A DNA stretch of 57,088 nt from a virus. Taxonomy: Duplodnaviria; Caudoviricetes. The position numbers were made by a program, and so were the translations under genes. The notes beneath the pieces are model-generated. The model was given only the letters and a program-made list of their open reading frames with translations. It was not told the DNA's origin and made no database searches. The stretch lies in the IMG/VR virus record IMGVR_UViG_3300044619_000511, positions 1-57,088 of that record; one strand, 5' to 3'. Below are positions 16,241 to 27,425 of this stretch, piece after piece (positions within the stretch are counted from its first letter, which is position 1; the number at the start of each line of letters is the position of its first letter).

Positions 16241-17245
16241 ATGAGTGATGAACTGAATTTCAACGAGTTGTCATTAAATGATATTACCGTTGGAGGAAAA
16301 CCTATAGTAGAAGCTGCGCCAGAACAAGCGCCAGTAGAAACTAAAACAGAACCTGCTACAGAAGAACAGACTCCAGTAGAGGCTGCTCCTGAAGAAAAAG
16401 CAGAAGCCCCTGTCGATGAAGAGGTGATCGGCAAGGCAAGACAAGTGGCTCCCAAGTATGAATTCAAAGATGATTTCATTAAGGGCGCCGTTGAATATTA
16501 TGAGAAGACAGGTGATTTGACACCATATCTTCAAGCGAAAACTGTAGATTTTTCTACTATGGATGATGCGGCGGTTATGAGACGTAATCTCCGCGAACAG
16601 TATCCAGATGTTTCTGAAAAGGCGTTTGATCGTCTTTTCCAGCAGCAGGTAGTTGATAAGTTTAAGCTTGACCCAGAGCAGTGGGGAGAAGATGACGTAG
16701 AGCTTGGGAAAGAACTCCTAAGATCTGAAGCTCAGAAACTCCGCACACAGTACATGGACTGGCAGAAAAAATTTGTGGCTCCGGAACCACAAGCTGATCC
16801 AGAAGCTGAAGCTCAAGAGACTGCAATGCAGGAAGCGCTAGCTCAATTTGAGAAAGCGGTATCCGAGAACTCTCTGACTAGATCTATCTTAGAGGCTAAG
16901 AGACTTAGCATTAAGACGGGCGATGATGAGTTCAATTATGAGTTGCAGAATCCTCAAGATATGGTTGAGATGACGCTGGATAACAACAAGTTCTTTCAGC
17001 AGTTCGCGTCTGGCGAAAATCAATTAGACTATAGTAAATGGTATAAGACCGTTGCCTACAGTCAGAATCCTGAGCAATTTGAACGTGCTCTGATTAACTT
17101 TGGTAAGACGCTTGGACGTTCCGAAGTGACGAAAGAAATTAAGAACCCATCTACTGCTCCTGTAGGTGATGTTCCAACAGAAAGTTCGGGGGACTTTACT
17201 TCAGGTCTTCTCCAAGCTTTCGCAAGTAGGGGCATTTCAAAATAA
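16241..17245 (+). CDS. capsid scaffolding protein
   Basis: Acidic, E/P/A-rich N-terminus, between portal and capsid. Confidence 0.65.
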   Translation: MSDELNFNELSLNDITVGGKPIVEAAPEQAPVETKTEPATEEQTPVEAAPEEKAEAPVDEEVIGKARQVAPKYEFKDDFIKGAVEYYEKTGDLTPYLQAKTVDFSTMDDAAVMRRNLREQYPDVSEKAFDRLFQQQVVDKFKLDPEQWGEDDVELGKELLRSEAQKLRTQYMDWQKKFVAPEPQADPEAEAQETAMQEALAQFEKAVSENSLTRSILEAKRLSIKTGDDEFNYELQNPQDMVEMTLDNNKFFQQFASGENQLDYSKWYKTVAYSQNPEQFERALINFGKTLGRSEVTKEIKNPSTAPVGDVPTESSGDFTSGLLQAFASRGISK

Positions 17246-17270
17246 TTTTTAACAAAAAAAATAATTAATC

Positions 17271-18599
17271 ATGGCGGGTGTTTTAGGAAACATTAACAAA
17301 AGTTATGTTTCATCAATCAACTTCCTCGATCAGCGTGAGATCCTGAACAAAGTTCTGGACGTAACCAACGAGGAAATCTCTTTCTTGGATATCATGGAGT
17401 TAACTAACCGTTCTACTCCTACTTCAGTTCCTGTTTACAATCACTTCGTAAACGAAGAGCTTTATGTTCTCGGTACTGTTAGTGCTGTAACTGGTTCTGG
17501 TGTAACTGGTACAACTTCTGCTCCTCCTTCTGTAACTGCAACAATCGACGCTACTGCTTTTGCTTATGTAAACGTAGGTGAGTTGGTTATGTTCCCTGAT
17601 GGAAAAGTAGGATATGTAACTGCTAAAGCTACTACTAATAATATCGTAGTTAAGTCTGTAGATGGTTCTACATTGACTTTGGTTAGCGGTGACAAAATCT
17701 CTTTCTTCTCTAATGCTGCTGGTGAAGGTTCTCTTTCTCCTGAGGCTAAGAAGTGGGGAGTAACTAAGTACGACAACCAAGTGCAAATCTTCAAAGGTAA
17801 GTTCAGTATCACTGACATCCAGAAGGCTTCTAAGGTTGAAGTTGAGTTTCAAGGTAAACCTTTCTACATGTACAAAGGTCAGCACGAGAGCTTAATGAAG
17901 TTCCGTGGTGATATCTCTACTGCTTTGATGTTCGGACGTAAGAGCTCTACTCTGTTCGCAGATGCTGCTCCTGCTCTAACTGATGCTGATGGTAAGCCTG
18001 TACAAACTACAGGTGGTATGGATCAGCTTGTTACATCTCGTGGTATCAACCAATCTTTGTTGACTGCAGGTACTGCAACTCTTGCTGACATTCAGACTCT
18101 TACTCAGACTTTGAACAAAGCTCGTTGCCCTCAAGAGTACTTCTTGTTTGTAGGTACAACTATGAACATTGCTCTTGACAACTTGTTCAACAACTTAGGT
18201 AACAGTGCATTGCTTTCTCAAGGTGCTCGTTTCCAGATCGCTGGTAAAACTTTGGATCTTGGAATCGATACTGTTAAGATCTACGGACGTACTTACCACA
18301 AGAAGTATTTACCTCTGTTAGACCACCAGAACATCGTAAACTACACTGGTTCTCCAAACTTTAAGAACAGTGCTTACGGTGCTCCTGCTGGAAAGATCAA
18401 GACTAACGACGGTCAAATGTTGGATCGCTTTGGCGTTCGCTACATGGCTGGTGACGGAACTGACCTGAAGTATCGTGAGATCCTTCTTGGTGGTTTGGCT
18501 CCTGTTCCAACTAACGAGCGTTCTGTATTGGAGATCCACTACGAGAGCGTACAAGGTCTGGAGATCCTCGGTGCAAACCAGTTCTTCAAGCTTTCCTAA
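17271..18599 (+). CDS. major capsid protein
   Basis: 442 aa, strongly biased codon usage, position after scaffold, followed by a hairpin terminator. Confidence 0.85.
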   Translation: MAGVLGNINKSYVSSINFLDQREILNKVLDVTNEEISFLDIMELTNRSTPTSVPVYNHFVNEELYVLGTVSAVTGSGVTGTTSAPPSVTATIDATAFAYVNVGELVMFPDGKVGYVTAKATTNNIVVKSVDGSTLTLVSGDKISFFSNAAGEGSLSPEAKKWGVTKYDNQVQIFKGKFSITDIQKASKVEVEFQGKPFYMYKGQHESLMKFRGDISTALMFGRKSSTLFADAAPALTDADGKPVQTTGGMDQLVTSRGINQSLLTAGTATLADIQTLTQTLNKARCPQEYFLFVGTTMNIALDNLFNNLGNSALLSQGARFQIAGKTLDLGIDTVKIYGRTYHKKYLPLLDHQNIVNYTGSPNFKNSAYGAPAGKIKTNDGQMLDRFGVRYMAGDGTDLKYREILLGGLAPVPTNERSVLEIHYESVQGLEILGANQFFKLS

Positions 18600-18630
18600 G
18601 CTGATTATCAATCAATTAGCTATAGCATAC

Positions 18631-18664
18631 GGTAAGGGGATAAAACCCCTTACCTTTGCTTTTT
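18631..18664 (+). terminator. intrinsic terminator after capsid gene
   Basis: GGTAAGGGG ATAAAA CCCCTTACC + T-rich tail; overlaps a TACCTTTG (-7-like) motif. Confidence 0.7.
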
Positions 18665-18687
18665 ATCAATAACCAAAAACACACCAG

Positions 18688-19518
18688 ATGAAAAAAACAG
18701 AAATGTACAATCAGCTATCTGATAAGCTGATTAAATCAACCATGTTGAAGCCGGGTCAATCTGTAACCTATCGGCTACACAACATTCAGAGAGATGCTTT
18801 CGATCCAAACAGATTAGCTATCCCAGCTGTAAAGGGAGTCCCAGTTATCGATACAATCTATGATGAAGAGAAGGGTGAATATGTAGATATTGCCGCTGTT
18901 CGTTCTGTAGATGGTCAAGGTAACCACTTATTCCACGAAATTAATTTCTATTCAAATATGGCGGGCCACATGATTCTCACTGGTGGTCGTGCATTTGATC
19001 AGGAGATTCATAGTTATCTTTCTCTTTGTGATTATAATGTTTCAAAACCAAATAGAGATACAACTAAAGAATCTATCTTTGAGCTTGTTGATGAGAATGC
19101 TTCTGCGGAGAAGGATAGTAAAACTAGAAACCAGCGTCGTGAGGCGTTAAATGCTGCAGCTGATCTAAGCCAAGATGAGGTTAAGAATCTTGCTGCTGCT
19201 TTAGGTAAGGATGATTCGAAGTCTGTAACAGTTCTTCGTAATGAATTAGAGGAGCTTGCGGATAATGATCCTAAGACTTTCTTAGATCTAATCAGCAATA
19301 AGCAGGTTATCGTTACAGCTACTATTAACCGTGCCATCAAAAAGGGAGTGGTTATATTTAATCAAGAACAATCCCGATTCGAATGGCCAAATGCTGAGGT
19401 TATCTTGGTAGTTGCTAGAACCGGTAATGATGCTATTGAAGAGTTCGTAAGTTTCTGCACCAGCTCGGCTAAGGGCGAGAAGGTGTTTCAAACCATTCAG
19501 AGTAAGGCCAAAAAGTGA
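18688..19518 (+). CDS. conserved phage protein downstream of capsid gene
   Basis: 276-aa ORF; position typical of this phage group. Confidence 0.75.
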   Translation: MKKTEMYNQLSDKLIKSTMLKPGQSVTYRLHNIQRDAFDPNRLAIPAVKGVPVIDTIYDEEKGEYVDIAAVRSVDGQGNHLFHEINFYSNMAGHMILTGGRAFDQEIHSYLSLCDYNVSKPNRDTTKESIFELVDENASAEKDSKTRNQRREALNAAADLSQDEVKNLAAALGKDDSKSVTVLRNELEELADNDPKTFLDLISNKQVIVTATINRAIKKGVVIFNQEQSRFEWPNAEVILVVARTGNDAIEEFVSFCTSSAKGEKVFQTIQSKAKK

Positions 19519-19570
19519 TCCTTAGTTCACAACTGAGCTGAGGTTCATCTCGTGTTTGGTTGTTTGGTGA

Positions 19571-19600
19571 AAGCCTCCTGTTTCTACAGGGGGCTTTTTG
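19571..19600 (+). terminator. intrinsic terminator
   Basis: AAGCCTCCTGT TTCT ACAGGGGGCTT + T tail. Confidence 0.85.
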
Positions 19601-19647
19601 TGCTGCTTTTGTATGATTAATAGCGATCTTTGTATTAATTTTGTAAC

Positions 19648-20823
19648 ATGCCCACGATACCCAATACGTCATTTAATGTCAAATTTGACTTGGACGGGAC
19701 CCCTACGCTAGTCCTTACAGATACTACGACTGCTCCACCTGCCGGGTTAGTGGGTATCTTTTCAATAACCCAGCCTGACGGGTACACTAGAAATGGTGAT
19801 ATTAACACTCCAGATATCGCATCCGCTGGGTCTAGTTTTTCGTTCGTCCTGACGCTAGACTCTACTGGGCAGGTGCAGCGGGGGCCTTATACAATTGTAT
19901 ACACAACGGCAGCTCCGGGGTACTTATCTACAAACTTTACTAGAACCTTCCAGTTCCAGTATCTACCTGTTACATTATCTCTGAACGAAGAGTTCGATGT
20001 ATTTACACCAAAGCTAGAGTATATTGATACAACGGTGTACCAAGTTGCGAACTATAATAATACATCAGTTACAAGAGCTTGGACAGCTGTATCAACTCCA
20101 ACTGGCACTATAACTGGAAGCACTTCTACATTTGATGTTAAATATCTGAATCAGTACTGGGATGCGTATTATACAATTACGCTAAGTGCTAGTACTGTCT
20201 ATACACATCAGGTGTATTCTTGGTTAACTGTAGAGGAGACTATTACTAAATCAGTATCTACATATGCAGAAACTCCTAAGACGCTTCTGCAGATAATCAC
20301 ACTTATTAGTGCGCTTAAAACAAAAGTAGATCTAGCGGTAGATACGGTTTCTAATCTAGAGCAGGTTAAGGAAGACTTTGAATATGCGCAGAGTTTACTT
20401 GTGCATATTATAGATAAGCTGAAAGTTAACAATCTAGCTAACATAGATCGTGATCTAAAGGATCTATTAGCTGTATTGCATAACTATCAAATACCAACAT
20501 ACGTACCAACAAACTTACCAATACCGCCATATAACTGGAGTGCATATAATACAGTTGCTTGGGGTAACATAACTGGTAATATACAAAACCAAACCGATCT
20601 ATGGACTATTCTTCAGACGCTAACAGTACAGAATAATTATGTGCATGACCAGCAAGTGGCAAGCGCTTCTTGGGTTATAGTGCATAATATGGGGAAGAAG
20701 CCAAGTGTAAGTATTGTAGATACAGCTGATGATGAGGTAATTGCAAAAGTAACTTATAACTCTAATAATCAAGTAACATTAACTTTTTCTTCTCCAATTA
20801 GTGGGAAGGCGTATTTAAATTAA
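19648..20823 (+). CDS. virion structural protein
   Basis: Thr-rich beta domain; WGNITGNIQNQTDL and W.IVHNMGKKPSV motifs typical of fibre-associated proteins. Confidence 0.7.
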   Translation: MPTIPNTSFNVKFDLDGTPTLVLTDTTTAPPAGLVGIFSITQPDGYTRNGDINTPDIASAGSSFSFVLTLDSTGQVQRGPYTIVYTTAAPGYLSTNFTRTFQFQYLPVTLSLNEEFDVFTPKLEYIDTTVYQVANYNNTSVTRAWTAVSTPTGTITGSTSTFDVKYLNQYWDAYYTITLSASTVYTHQVYSWLTVEETITKSVSTYAETPKTLLQIITLISALKTKVDLAVDTVSNLEQVKEDFEYAQSLLVHIIDKLKVNNLANIDRDLKDLLAVLHNYQIPTYVPTNLPIPPYNWSAYNTVAWGNITGNIQNQTDLWTILQTLTVQNNYVHDQQVASASWVIVHNMGKKPSVSIVDTADDEVIAKVTYNSNNQVTLTFSSPISGKAYLN

Positions 20824-20827
20824 TACT

Positions 20828-21922
20828 ATGTCAAAAAAGATGTTGGTCAATCTTGACCTAACCAAAAATCAGATCCTCAACGTAGCGTTGCAGAATCTTG
20901 GCGGTCCACCCGCTTCGCCTGTTGCTGGCCAGATATACTACAATACCGCAGATGGTAACGTATATTACTGGAATGGTACGGCTTGGGTAAGCATCTCAGG
21001 AGATATCACTGCTGTAGTTGCTGGCGCAGGTCTTACTGGTGGTGGTACTAGCGGATCTGTAACTTTAGATCTTAACCCAGATAATACTACAATTGAAGTT
21101 GACTCTGATATTGTAAGAATTAAAGATCTTGGGGTTAGTACTGGTAAATTAGCAAATGATGCTGTTACGACTATCAAGGTGACAGATTCTAATATTACAT
21201 TCGCTAAAATACAGAACATTGCTACAATGACCGTTATGGGTCGTGTGGCTTCTGGCACTGGTGTTGCTAGTGAGATTTCAATTCTCGACAGCAATACAAT
21301 GTCAGGCGCGTCTTCTTTAAACTTAGCAACAGCTGGTTCAATTAAGGCATATGTTGATAACACTGTGGCTGGCCTAGGTAATCTTGAAGGTGGGTTCGCC
21401 GCAGGTTCTTCTGTTAACTTTCCTACTGGTGCTGGTGGTACTAAGAAAGGAGACTATTGGTATGTTACCAGTGCGGGTACAGTTCAAGGAGTTGCATTAA
21501 ATATTGGCGATGTATTGATCGCTAATATCGATAACGCTTCTCCTACTTCATCTTCTGACTGGACATTCCTTGAGTCTAATCGTGACCAAGCTACTGAAAC
21601 AGTTCTTGGCGTTGTAAGACTTGCGACTCAAGTAGAAGCTGATGCAGGAATAAATGATACTGCAGTTATTACCCCATTAAAATTAAAAACAGTTCTTGAT
21701 AACCGTGTTGGCGGGTATGCTGCTAATATTGGTAACGGAGCTGCTACATCTTACGCTGTTACTCACTCGCTGAATACAATTGATGTTATTGTTATGATTA
21801 AGGACAACGCAACTCTTGAAGAAGTTTTTGCTGACGTCGTTATCACAGATGCAAATACCGTGACGGTAAGTTTTGCAATTGCTCCACTTAGTAATGCATA
21901 CAGAGTAATAATTAAGAAATAA
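20828..21922 (+). CDS. fibre-like virion protein
   Basis: GQIYYNT, AGAGLTGGG, ATETVLGVVRLAT, H.LNT.DV motifs. Confidence 0.75.
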   Translation: MSKKMLVNLDLTKNQILNVALQNLGGPPASPVAGQIYYNTADGNVYYWNGTAWVSISGDITAVVAGAGLTGGGTSGSVTLDLNPDNTTIEVDSDIVRIKDLGVSTGKLANDAVTTIKVTDSNITFAKIQNIATMTVMGRVASGTGVASEISILDSNTMSGASSLNLATAGSIKAYVDNTVAGLGNLEGGFAAGSSVNFPTGAGGTKKGDYWYVTSAGTVQGVALNIGDVLIANIDNASPTSSSDWTFLESNRDQATETVLGVVRLATQVEADAGINDTAVITPLKLKTVLDNRVGGYAANIGNGAATSYAVTHSLNTIDVIVMIKDNATLEEVFADVVITDANTVTVSFAIAPLSNAYRVIIKK

Positions 21923-24900
21923 TGAGATTTCTAACAAACATATTAGCAAAGGCTGGTTTAATAGTAGACGGTACTACGCAATTAAATACAATTGCTAACG
22001 CTACTGTTGACACAGATAAGTTTCTTGTAAGTGATGGCGGTGTCGTTAAATATAGAACAGCCCCTCAGTTGGTTGCTGATCTTGGCCCGCTCCCATCATC
22101 TGTATTAAGACATCAGGTAAAACTTGGTGAGGCAATTAATAAAGGACAAGCAGTATACGTATCTAGTGCAGACGGTACTAATATGATTGTATCTAAGGCG
22201 TCAAATGTTACAGACTTAACATCATCAAAGACGCTTGGACTTATAGAGACAAGTGGTGTAACTAATGATCAGGTTAATGTAGTCACAGAAGGATTGCTGG
22301 CTGGTCTTGATACATCTACAGCCACTGCTGGTGACCCAGTATGGTTGGGGACAAATGGTAACCTAATATTCGGATTAGTTAATAAACCATCTGCGCCAGC
22401 TCACCTAGTATTTATAGGGGTTGTAACAAGAGTTCAATCTGTAAATGGTGAGATCTTTGTTAAGGTGCAGAACGGGTTTGAGATGGAAGAACTTCATAAC
22501 GTTGCCATCTCTTCTATAGCAAATAAAAACTTGTTGATGTATGAAGCAGCGACAAGTTTATGGAAGAATAAAACTCTTGGTAATGTTATTGGCGGTACAT
22601 CTACACAGTATGTAAAAGGTGACGGTACTCTTGGATCATTCCCTGATATTGGTGGTGGAGGTGGATTAGTATACTATCTAAATGGAAGTGTTTCTGCTAG
22701 TGTTGGCGGATATTTTCAAATGAGTAAGACGCCAGTTATTGGAGCTGGAACTGACTTTAGTAAAACAGGAGATGGATTAATATGCCAGTTTTTAACTGAC
22801 GTGAATGACCCATCTTTGCTTAGCGTGCCATCTGGTGCTTGGAGATTCGGTTTATATGCTTCAATGGGTAGCGCAGGTAACTCATCAAAATTCTATGTTG
22901 AGGTATTTAAGTATGATGGTACTACATTTACATTAATAGGTAGTTCTTCTGGCACCCCAGAGTCAGTATCTAATGGTACTGCAATAGAGTACTATACGAC
23001 TACCGTAGCGATGTCTACTACTGCTTTAACTGTTACAGATAGAATAGCGGTAAGGGTATACGCCACAGATAACAACACTAGAACAATGACTATTCATACT
23101 GAGAATAGCCACTTGTGTGATATTTCAACTACATTCCCTTCTGGTATAGCATCTATCAATGGATTAATTACTCCTTCACAATATTTATCTACAACAACTA
23201 CTGGAACTGATTTCACAATCTCTTCCTCTAGCAATACACATTATTTTAATCTTCCTGTTGCTAGTGCTACCATAACTGGTAAGCTTAGCTCCACTGACTG
23301 GTCTACCTTTAACAATAAGCAAAATGCTTTAGGGTATACCCCTGTTAACCAGACTAGATCATTAACAATTAATGGAGTCACATATGATCTATCTTCTGAT
23401 AGAACTTGGAGCGTAGGTACGGTTACTTCAGTTGGGCTATCTGTTCCAACTGGATTTTCAGTATCTAATACTCCAGTAACAGGAAGTGGAACAATAGGAC
23501 TTTCTTTTACAGCTGGTTATTCTTTACCAACCACTGCGTCTCAATCGAATTGGGACGTAGCATATACAAATAGAATTACATCCCTGACTACTACAGGTAC
23601 AAGTGGCGCTGCTACATTAGTTAGTAACGTACTTAATATACCTCAGTATCAAGCTCAGGGTAGTTATATAACTTCATTAACAGGTGAGGCTACGGCATCA
23701 GGTCCGGGGTCTGCATCTGTAACACTATCTACATCCGCAGTCACAGGTAAGGTGCTTACCGGTTTAAACGTAACCGGTGGCACTGTACTTGCTACTGATT
23801 CTATTTTAACTGCATTCGGTAAGTTGCAGAATCAAGTAAATGGTTTAGCTGGAGGTGTAACTTATCAGGGTGCATGGGATGCTTCTACTAACTCTCCATC
23901 TCTTACAAGTTCTGTTGGAACTAAGGGATATTATTATGTGGTATCAGTTGCTGGTTCTACAAACCTAAACGGTATCACAGACTGGAAGCTTGGAGATTGG
24001 GCGATCTTTAATGGTACTGCATGGGAGAAGGTTGACAACACAGACGCGGTAGTTTCTGTAAACGGGTTTACTGGCGCTGTTAGTTTAACAACTACAAATA
24101 TCGCTGAAGGTACTAACCTTTATTATACAGATACTAGAGCAAGAGCTGCTATTAGTTTAACTACTACTGGTACATCTGGCGCTGCTACCTATTCTGCAGG
24201 AGTATTAAATATTCCTCAGTATAGTTTGGCCGGGCTCGGGGGAGTTCCAAGTAATAGAACACTAACAATCAACGGAACATCATACGATTTATCTGCAGAC
24301 AGGACATGGACGATTACAAATATATCCGGTAACTCAGCTACCACTTCAGCCGTTTCAGGTACTACCAACTATATCCCCAAGTTTACAAGTTCAAGTGCAA
24401 TAGGAAATAGTGCAGTTTATGATGCTTCTGGAAGTATTGGTATTGGAACTTCAAGTCCAGTTGCAAATACTCCTTTGACTTTACAGGCAGCAAGTGGTTA
24501 TACAGATATTTTGTGGTTAAAATCAGCGGGAACAAACATTGATGCAAGAATTAATATGGCTCCAACTGGAACTGGTCTTGCTCAATTAAATAATACAAAC
24601 GGAACTGGGATTGCTTTTCAAATATCAGGTAGTGAGCAAATGCGTCTTACCTCTACTGGCTTGGGTATAGGTACTTCCCCAACACAAAAATTACACGTTT
24701 TTGGTACAAGTGGTGCAACAACTGCCATCATAGAAGGTGCAACAAATGCAAGCGCATACGGTAAATTAGAGTTAAGAGGTAGACCAGCTGGTGCAGGCCA
24801 ATCTACAGGTTGGATTGTAGCTGCATCAACAGAAGGAGGTCAAGCTGCAACAAACGTAGCAGGTATTGATTTCACAATGGCTGGGGCTGCTGGCAATGCG

Positions 24901-27423
24901 CATAATATTCAAATATCTACTCATAATGGTACTTCATTAACAGAGAAGATGAGAATAGGTAGCACTGGTACAGTAAGATTACTTAGTTATACCACAAACG
25001 GTTTCGTTAAGTTTTCAAATAGTGATGGTACTTTAACAGTAGACACTAATACATATCTTACTGCTGAATCAGATACTCTAGCTACAGTTACCGGAAGAGG
25101 CGCAAGCACCTCCTCCGCTTTAACACTTAATGGGAGTGTTACACTTACATCTGCTTATACAGGTGGTAGTGGAGACTGGACGGGTGTAAGTACTCCAATA
25201 TTAAAGATCGCTCCTATTTCAGGTTATTGGAGAATACCTCACCTATCAAATAATGCAACTGTTTCAGGAGTTTATAATTATGAAACAAATAAGGATGTGT
25301 ATTGGGGTGAGCCTACTGATAGTGGCAACTATTATTTCAGAGGAAGGGTATTAAAGCATGAGAACTCGTTAGGTCAAATTTCAACATATTTACATTCTAA
25401 TAACTATAATAGTTATGCTCCAACCTTAACAGGTGGAGGAGCATCAGGAACTTGGGGAATTAGTATTACGGGGTCAGCGGGTAGTGCTAGTTCAGTTCCT
25501 TGGACAGGAGTTAGTGCGGGTACTAGAACTAACTATACTCTTAGATTTCAACCTCTTGCAAGTGATTATGCAGGTTTTGAGTTCAATACTTCTAGTGGTG
25601 GTGGAGGAGGATATTTTTTAATTAGAGGAACGTCTGATAGTGATGTATATACTGCAGAAGGTATTACACTTGTTGCAGATGCAGGATGGTTGACTCTTGC
25701 TCAGAGAACAGCATCAAGTAAGGGTGTTAGAATTATGACAGGTACAACATCAGCAGTAAGGGCATCTTTTGCTACAGATGGTAGTATAAACTTTACAGGA
25801 GACCCTGTTGCATCAGGATCATTCCGCGCTCCATATTTCTACGATTCATCTAATACATCGTATTATGGTAGATTCTCAGGTACATCAAGAATGTATGGCG
25901 CTCAGTTTGATTATGTAGGTATTGGTCAGGGCATTAATACGAGTTATAGTTTAATAACTAATGGATCGATTTATCTTAACAGTAACTCTAACGGCTGGGC
26001 GGAAGGTACTTGGAAACAGCGTAGAGGTGGTGCAACATTCTATGATGTTATTGATACGGGTAATTATAATTCATATTCTCCAACCTTGACAGGTGGAGGA
26101 GCCAGTGGTACATGGGGGATAAGTATTACAGGTACTGCAGCAGGTGAAACACTTGCAACTGTAACTGGTAGAGGGGCAAGTACTTCTACTGCTGTTACTT
26201 TTAATGGTAATGTAAATGTTGGCACTTCTGCTTCTCTTCTATTTGGAAGTCAGACAAGACAGATGATAAATCTGTGGGGTACACAATATGGAATTGGCGT
26301 GCAGTCTAATACTTCATATTTTAGAAGCGATGGCAGGTTTTCTTGGTTTAGAGGTGGAACACATAATGATGCTCAAAATAATCCCGGTGGTGGTACAGTA
26401 GCTATGACACTTGATGGATCAAGTAATTTAATTGTTACTACTTCTGTTCAGGCTCCTATCTTCTATGACTCTGCTAATACATCATACTACTTAGACCCGA
26501 ATTCAACTACTTCTATTAGAACAGTAGGTTCTTGGAGAGCGGATTCATCTGCATGGGACGGGGAGTTTAATGGTAAGATACAATACCATTCTAACCATTG
26601 GTATATACAAGGGGCTGATTTGTTTATATATAGAAATTCAGGTGGATCGAATGTATTTACTGTAAACCAAGGAGGGACTGCTACAGCTACAGGAGATATG
26701 CGTGCGCCTATTTTCTATGATTCTGCTGATACTACTTATTTCGCAGACCTTGCTAGTACGAATACTTCCATCTATACAGCAGGTATCATCAGATCTTCAG
26801 GGGTACAAGTAAAGGGAAGTTCAACCGGTGGTCAGATATATCCTACTATGTCTAATGGTGGTGTTAGTTTGTATGGTGGTAATAGTTTTACTAACGGTGC
26901 CTACTTTACTGTAACAGGTATCGACTATGCTTCTTCTCCCGGTGCAGGTAGTGCTGAGTTTGTTATCAGAAATACTGCAACATCTAAGTTCGCTCTATTC
27001 TCTTACAACGGGTCTACTTGGACAGGCAGATACGGACTCTTTGGATCTACAGGTAACGTGACTATAGGAGATGCCAACACTGACATTGGGTATCGCCTAT
27101 ATGTTATCGGTGATATATATGCTACCGGTAATATAATTGCAAACTCTGATGCTCGTATTAAAACAAATATAAGAGAGATCGAAAATCCACTAGCTCGTGT
27201 GCTTAATACTAAGGGTGTTATATACGACCGTATTGATATCGAAGAGAACAATAGTATAGGTTTTATAGCACAAGAATTAGAAAAGGAATTCCCTGAATTA
27301 GTTTCTACTAGCACAGACGGAAGAAAGGGTGTTAAGTATCAGAACATGGTTGCAGTACTTGTAGAGGCTATTAAAGAACAGCAAAAACAAATTGATATTT
27401 TACAATCATTAATAAATAAATAA
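21922..27423 (+). CDS. long tail fibre with C-terminal intramolecular chaperone (peptidase S74)
   Basis: 1833 aa G/S/T-rich with internal repeats; SDARIKTNI...GFIAQE...LVEAIKE. Confidence 0.9.
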   Translation: MRFLTNILAKAGLIVDGTTQLNTIANATVDTDKFLVSDGGVVKYRTAPQLVADLGPLPSSVLRHQVKLGEAINKGQAVYVSSADGTNMIVSKASNVTDLTSSKTLGLIETSGVTNDQVNVVTEGLLAGLDTSTATAGDPVWLGTNGNLIFGLVNKPSAPAHLVFIGVVTRVQSVNGEIFVKVQNGFEMEELHNVAISSIANKNLLMYEAATSLWKNKTLGNVIGGTSTQYVKGDGTLGSFPDIGGGGGLVYYLNGSVSASVGGYFQMSKTPVIGAGTDFSKTGDGLICQFLTDVNDPSLLSVPSGAWRFGLYASMGSAGNSSKFYVEVFKYDGTTFTLIGSSSGTPESVSNGTAIEYYTTTVAMSTTALTVTDRIAVRVYATDNNTRTMTIHTENSHLCDISTTFPSGIASINGLITPSQYLSTTTTGTDFTISSSSNTHYFNLPVASATITGKLSSTDWSTFNNKQNALGYTPVNQTRSLTINGVTYDLSSDRTWSVGTVTSVGLSVPTGFSVSNTPVTGSGTIGLSFTAGYSLPTTASQSNWDVAYTNRITSLTTTGTSGAATLVSNVLNIPQYQAQGSYITSLTGEATASGPGSASVTLSTSAVTGKVLTGLNVTGGTVLATDSILTAFGKLQNQVNGLAGGVTYQGAWDASTNSPSLTSSVGTKGYYYVVSVAGSTNLNGITDWKLGDWAIFNGTAWEKVDNTDAVVSVNGFTGAVSLTTTNIAEGTNLYYTDTRARAAISLTTTGTSGAATYSAGVLNIPQYSLAGLGGVPSNRTLTINGTSYDLSADRTWTITNISGNSATTSAVSGTTNYIPKFTSSSAIGNSAVYDASGSIGIGTSSPVANTPLTLQAASGYTDILWLKSAGTNIDARINMAPTGTGLAQLNNTNGTGIAFQISGSEQMRLTSTGLGIGTSPTQKLHVFGTSGATTAIIEGATNASAYGKLELRGRPAGAGQSTGWIVAASTEGGQAATNVAGIDFTMAGAAGNAHNIQISTHNGTSLTEKMRIGSTGTVRLLSYTTNGFVKFSNSDGTLTVDTNTYLTAESDTLATVTGRGASTSSALTLNGSVTLTSAYTGGSGDWTGVSTPILKIAPISGYWRIPHLSNNATVSGVYNYETNKDVYWGEPTDSGNYYFRGRVLKHENSLGQISTYLHSNNYNSYAPTLTGGGASGTWGISITGSAGSASSVPWTGVSAGTRTNYTLRFQPLASDYAGFEFNTSSGGGGGYFLIRGTSDSDVYTAEGITLVADAGWLTLAQRTASSKGVRIMTGTTSAVRASFATDGSINFTGDPVASGSFRAPYFYDSSNTSYYGRFSGTSRMYGAQFDYVGIGQGINTSYSLITNGSIYLNSNSNGWAEGTWKQRRGGATFYDVIDTGNYNSYSPTLTGGGASGTWGISITGTAAGETLATVTGRGASTSTAVTFNGNVNVGTSASLLFGSQTRQMINLWGTQYGIGVQSNTSYFRSDGRFSWFRGGTHNDAQNNPGGGTVAMTLDGSSNLIVTTSVQAPIFYDSANTSYYLDPNSTTSIRTVGSWRADSSAWDGEFNGKIQYHSNHWYIQGADLFIYRNSGGSNVFTVNQGGTATATGDMRAPIFYDSADTTYFADLASTNTSIYTAGIIRSSGVQVKGSSTGGQIYPTMSNGGVSLYGGNSFTNGAYFTVTGIDYASSPGAGSAEFVIRNTATSKFALFSYNGSTWTGRYGLFGSTGNVTIGDANTDIGYRLYVIGDIYATGNIIANSDARIKTNIREIENPLARVLNTKGVIYDRIDIEENNSIGFIAQELEKEFPELVSTSTDGRKGVKYQNMVAVLVEAIKEQQKQIDILQSLINK

Positions 27424-27425
27424 TT

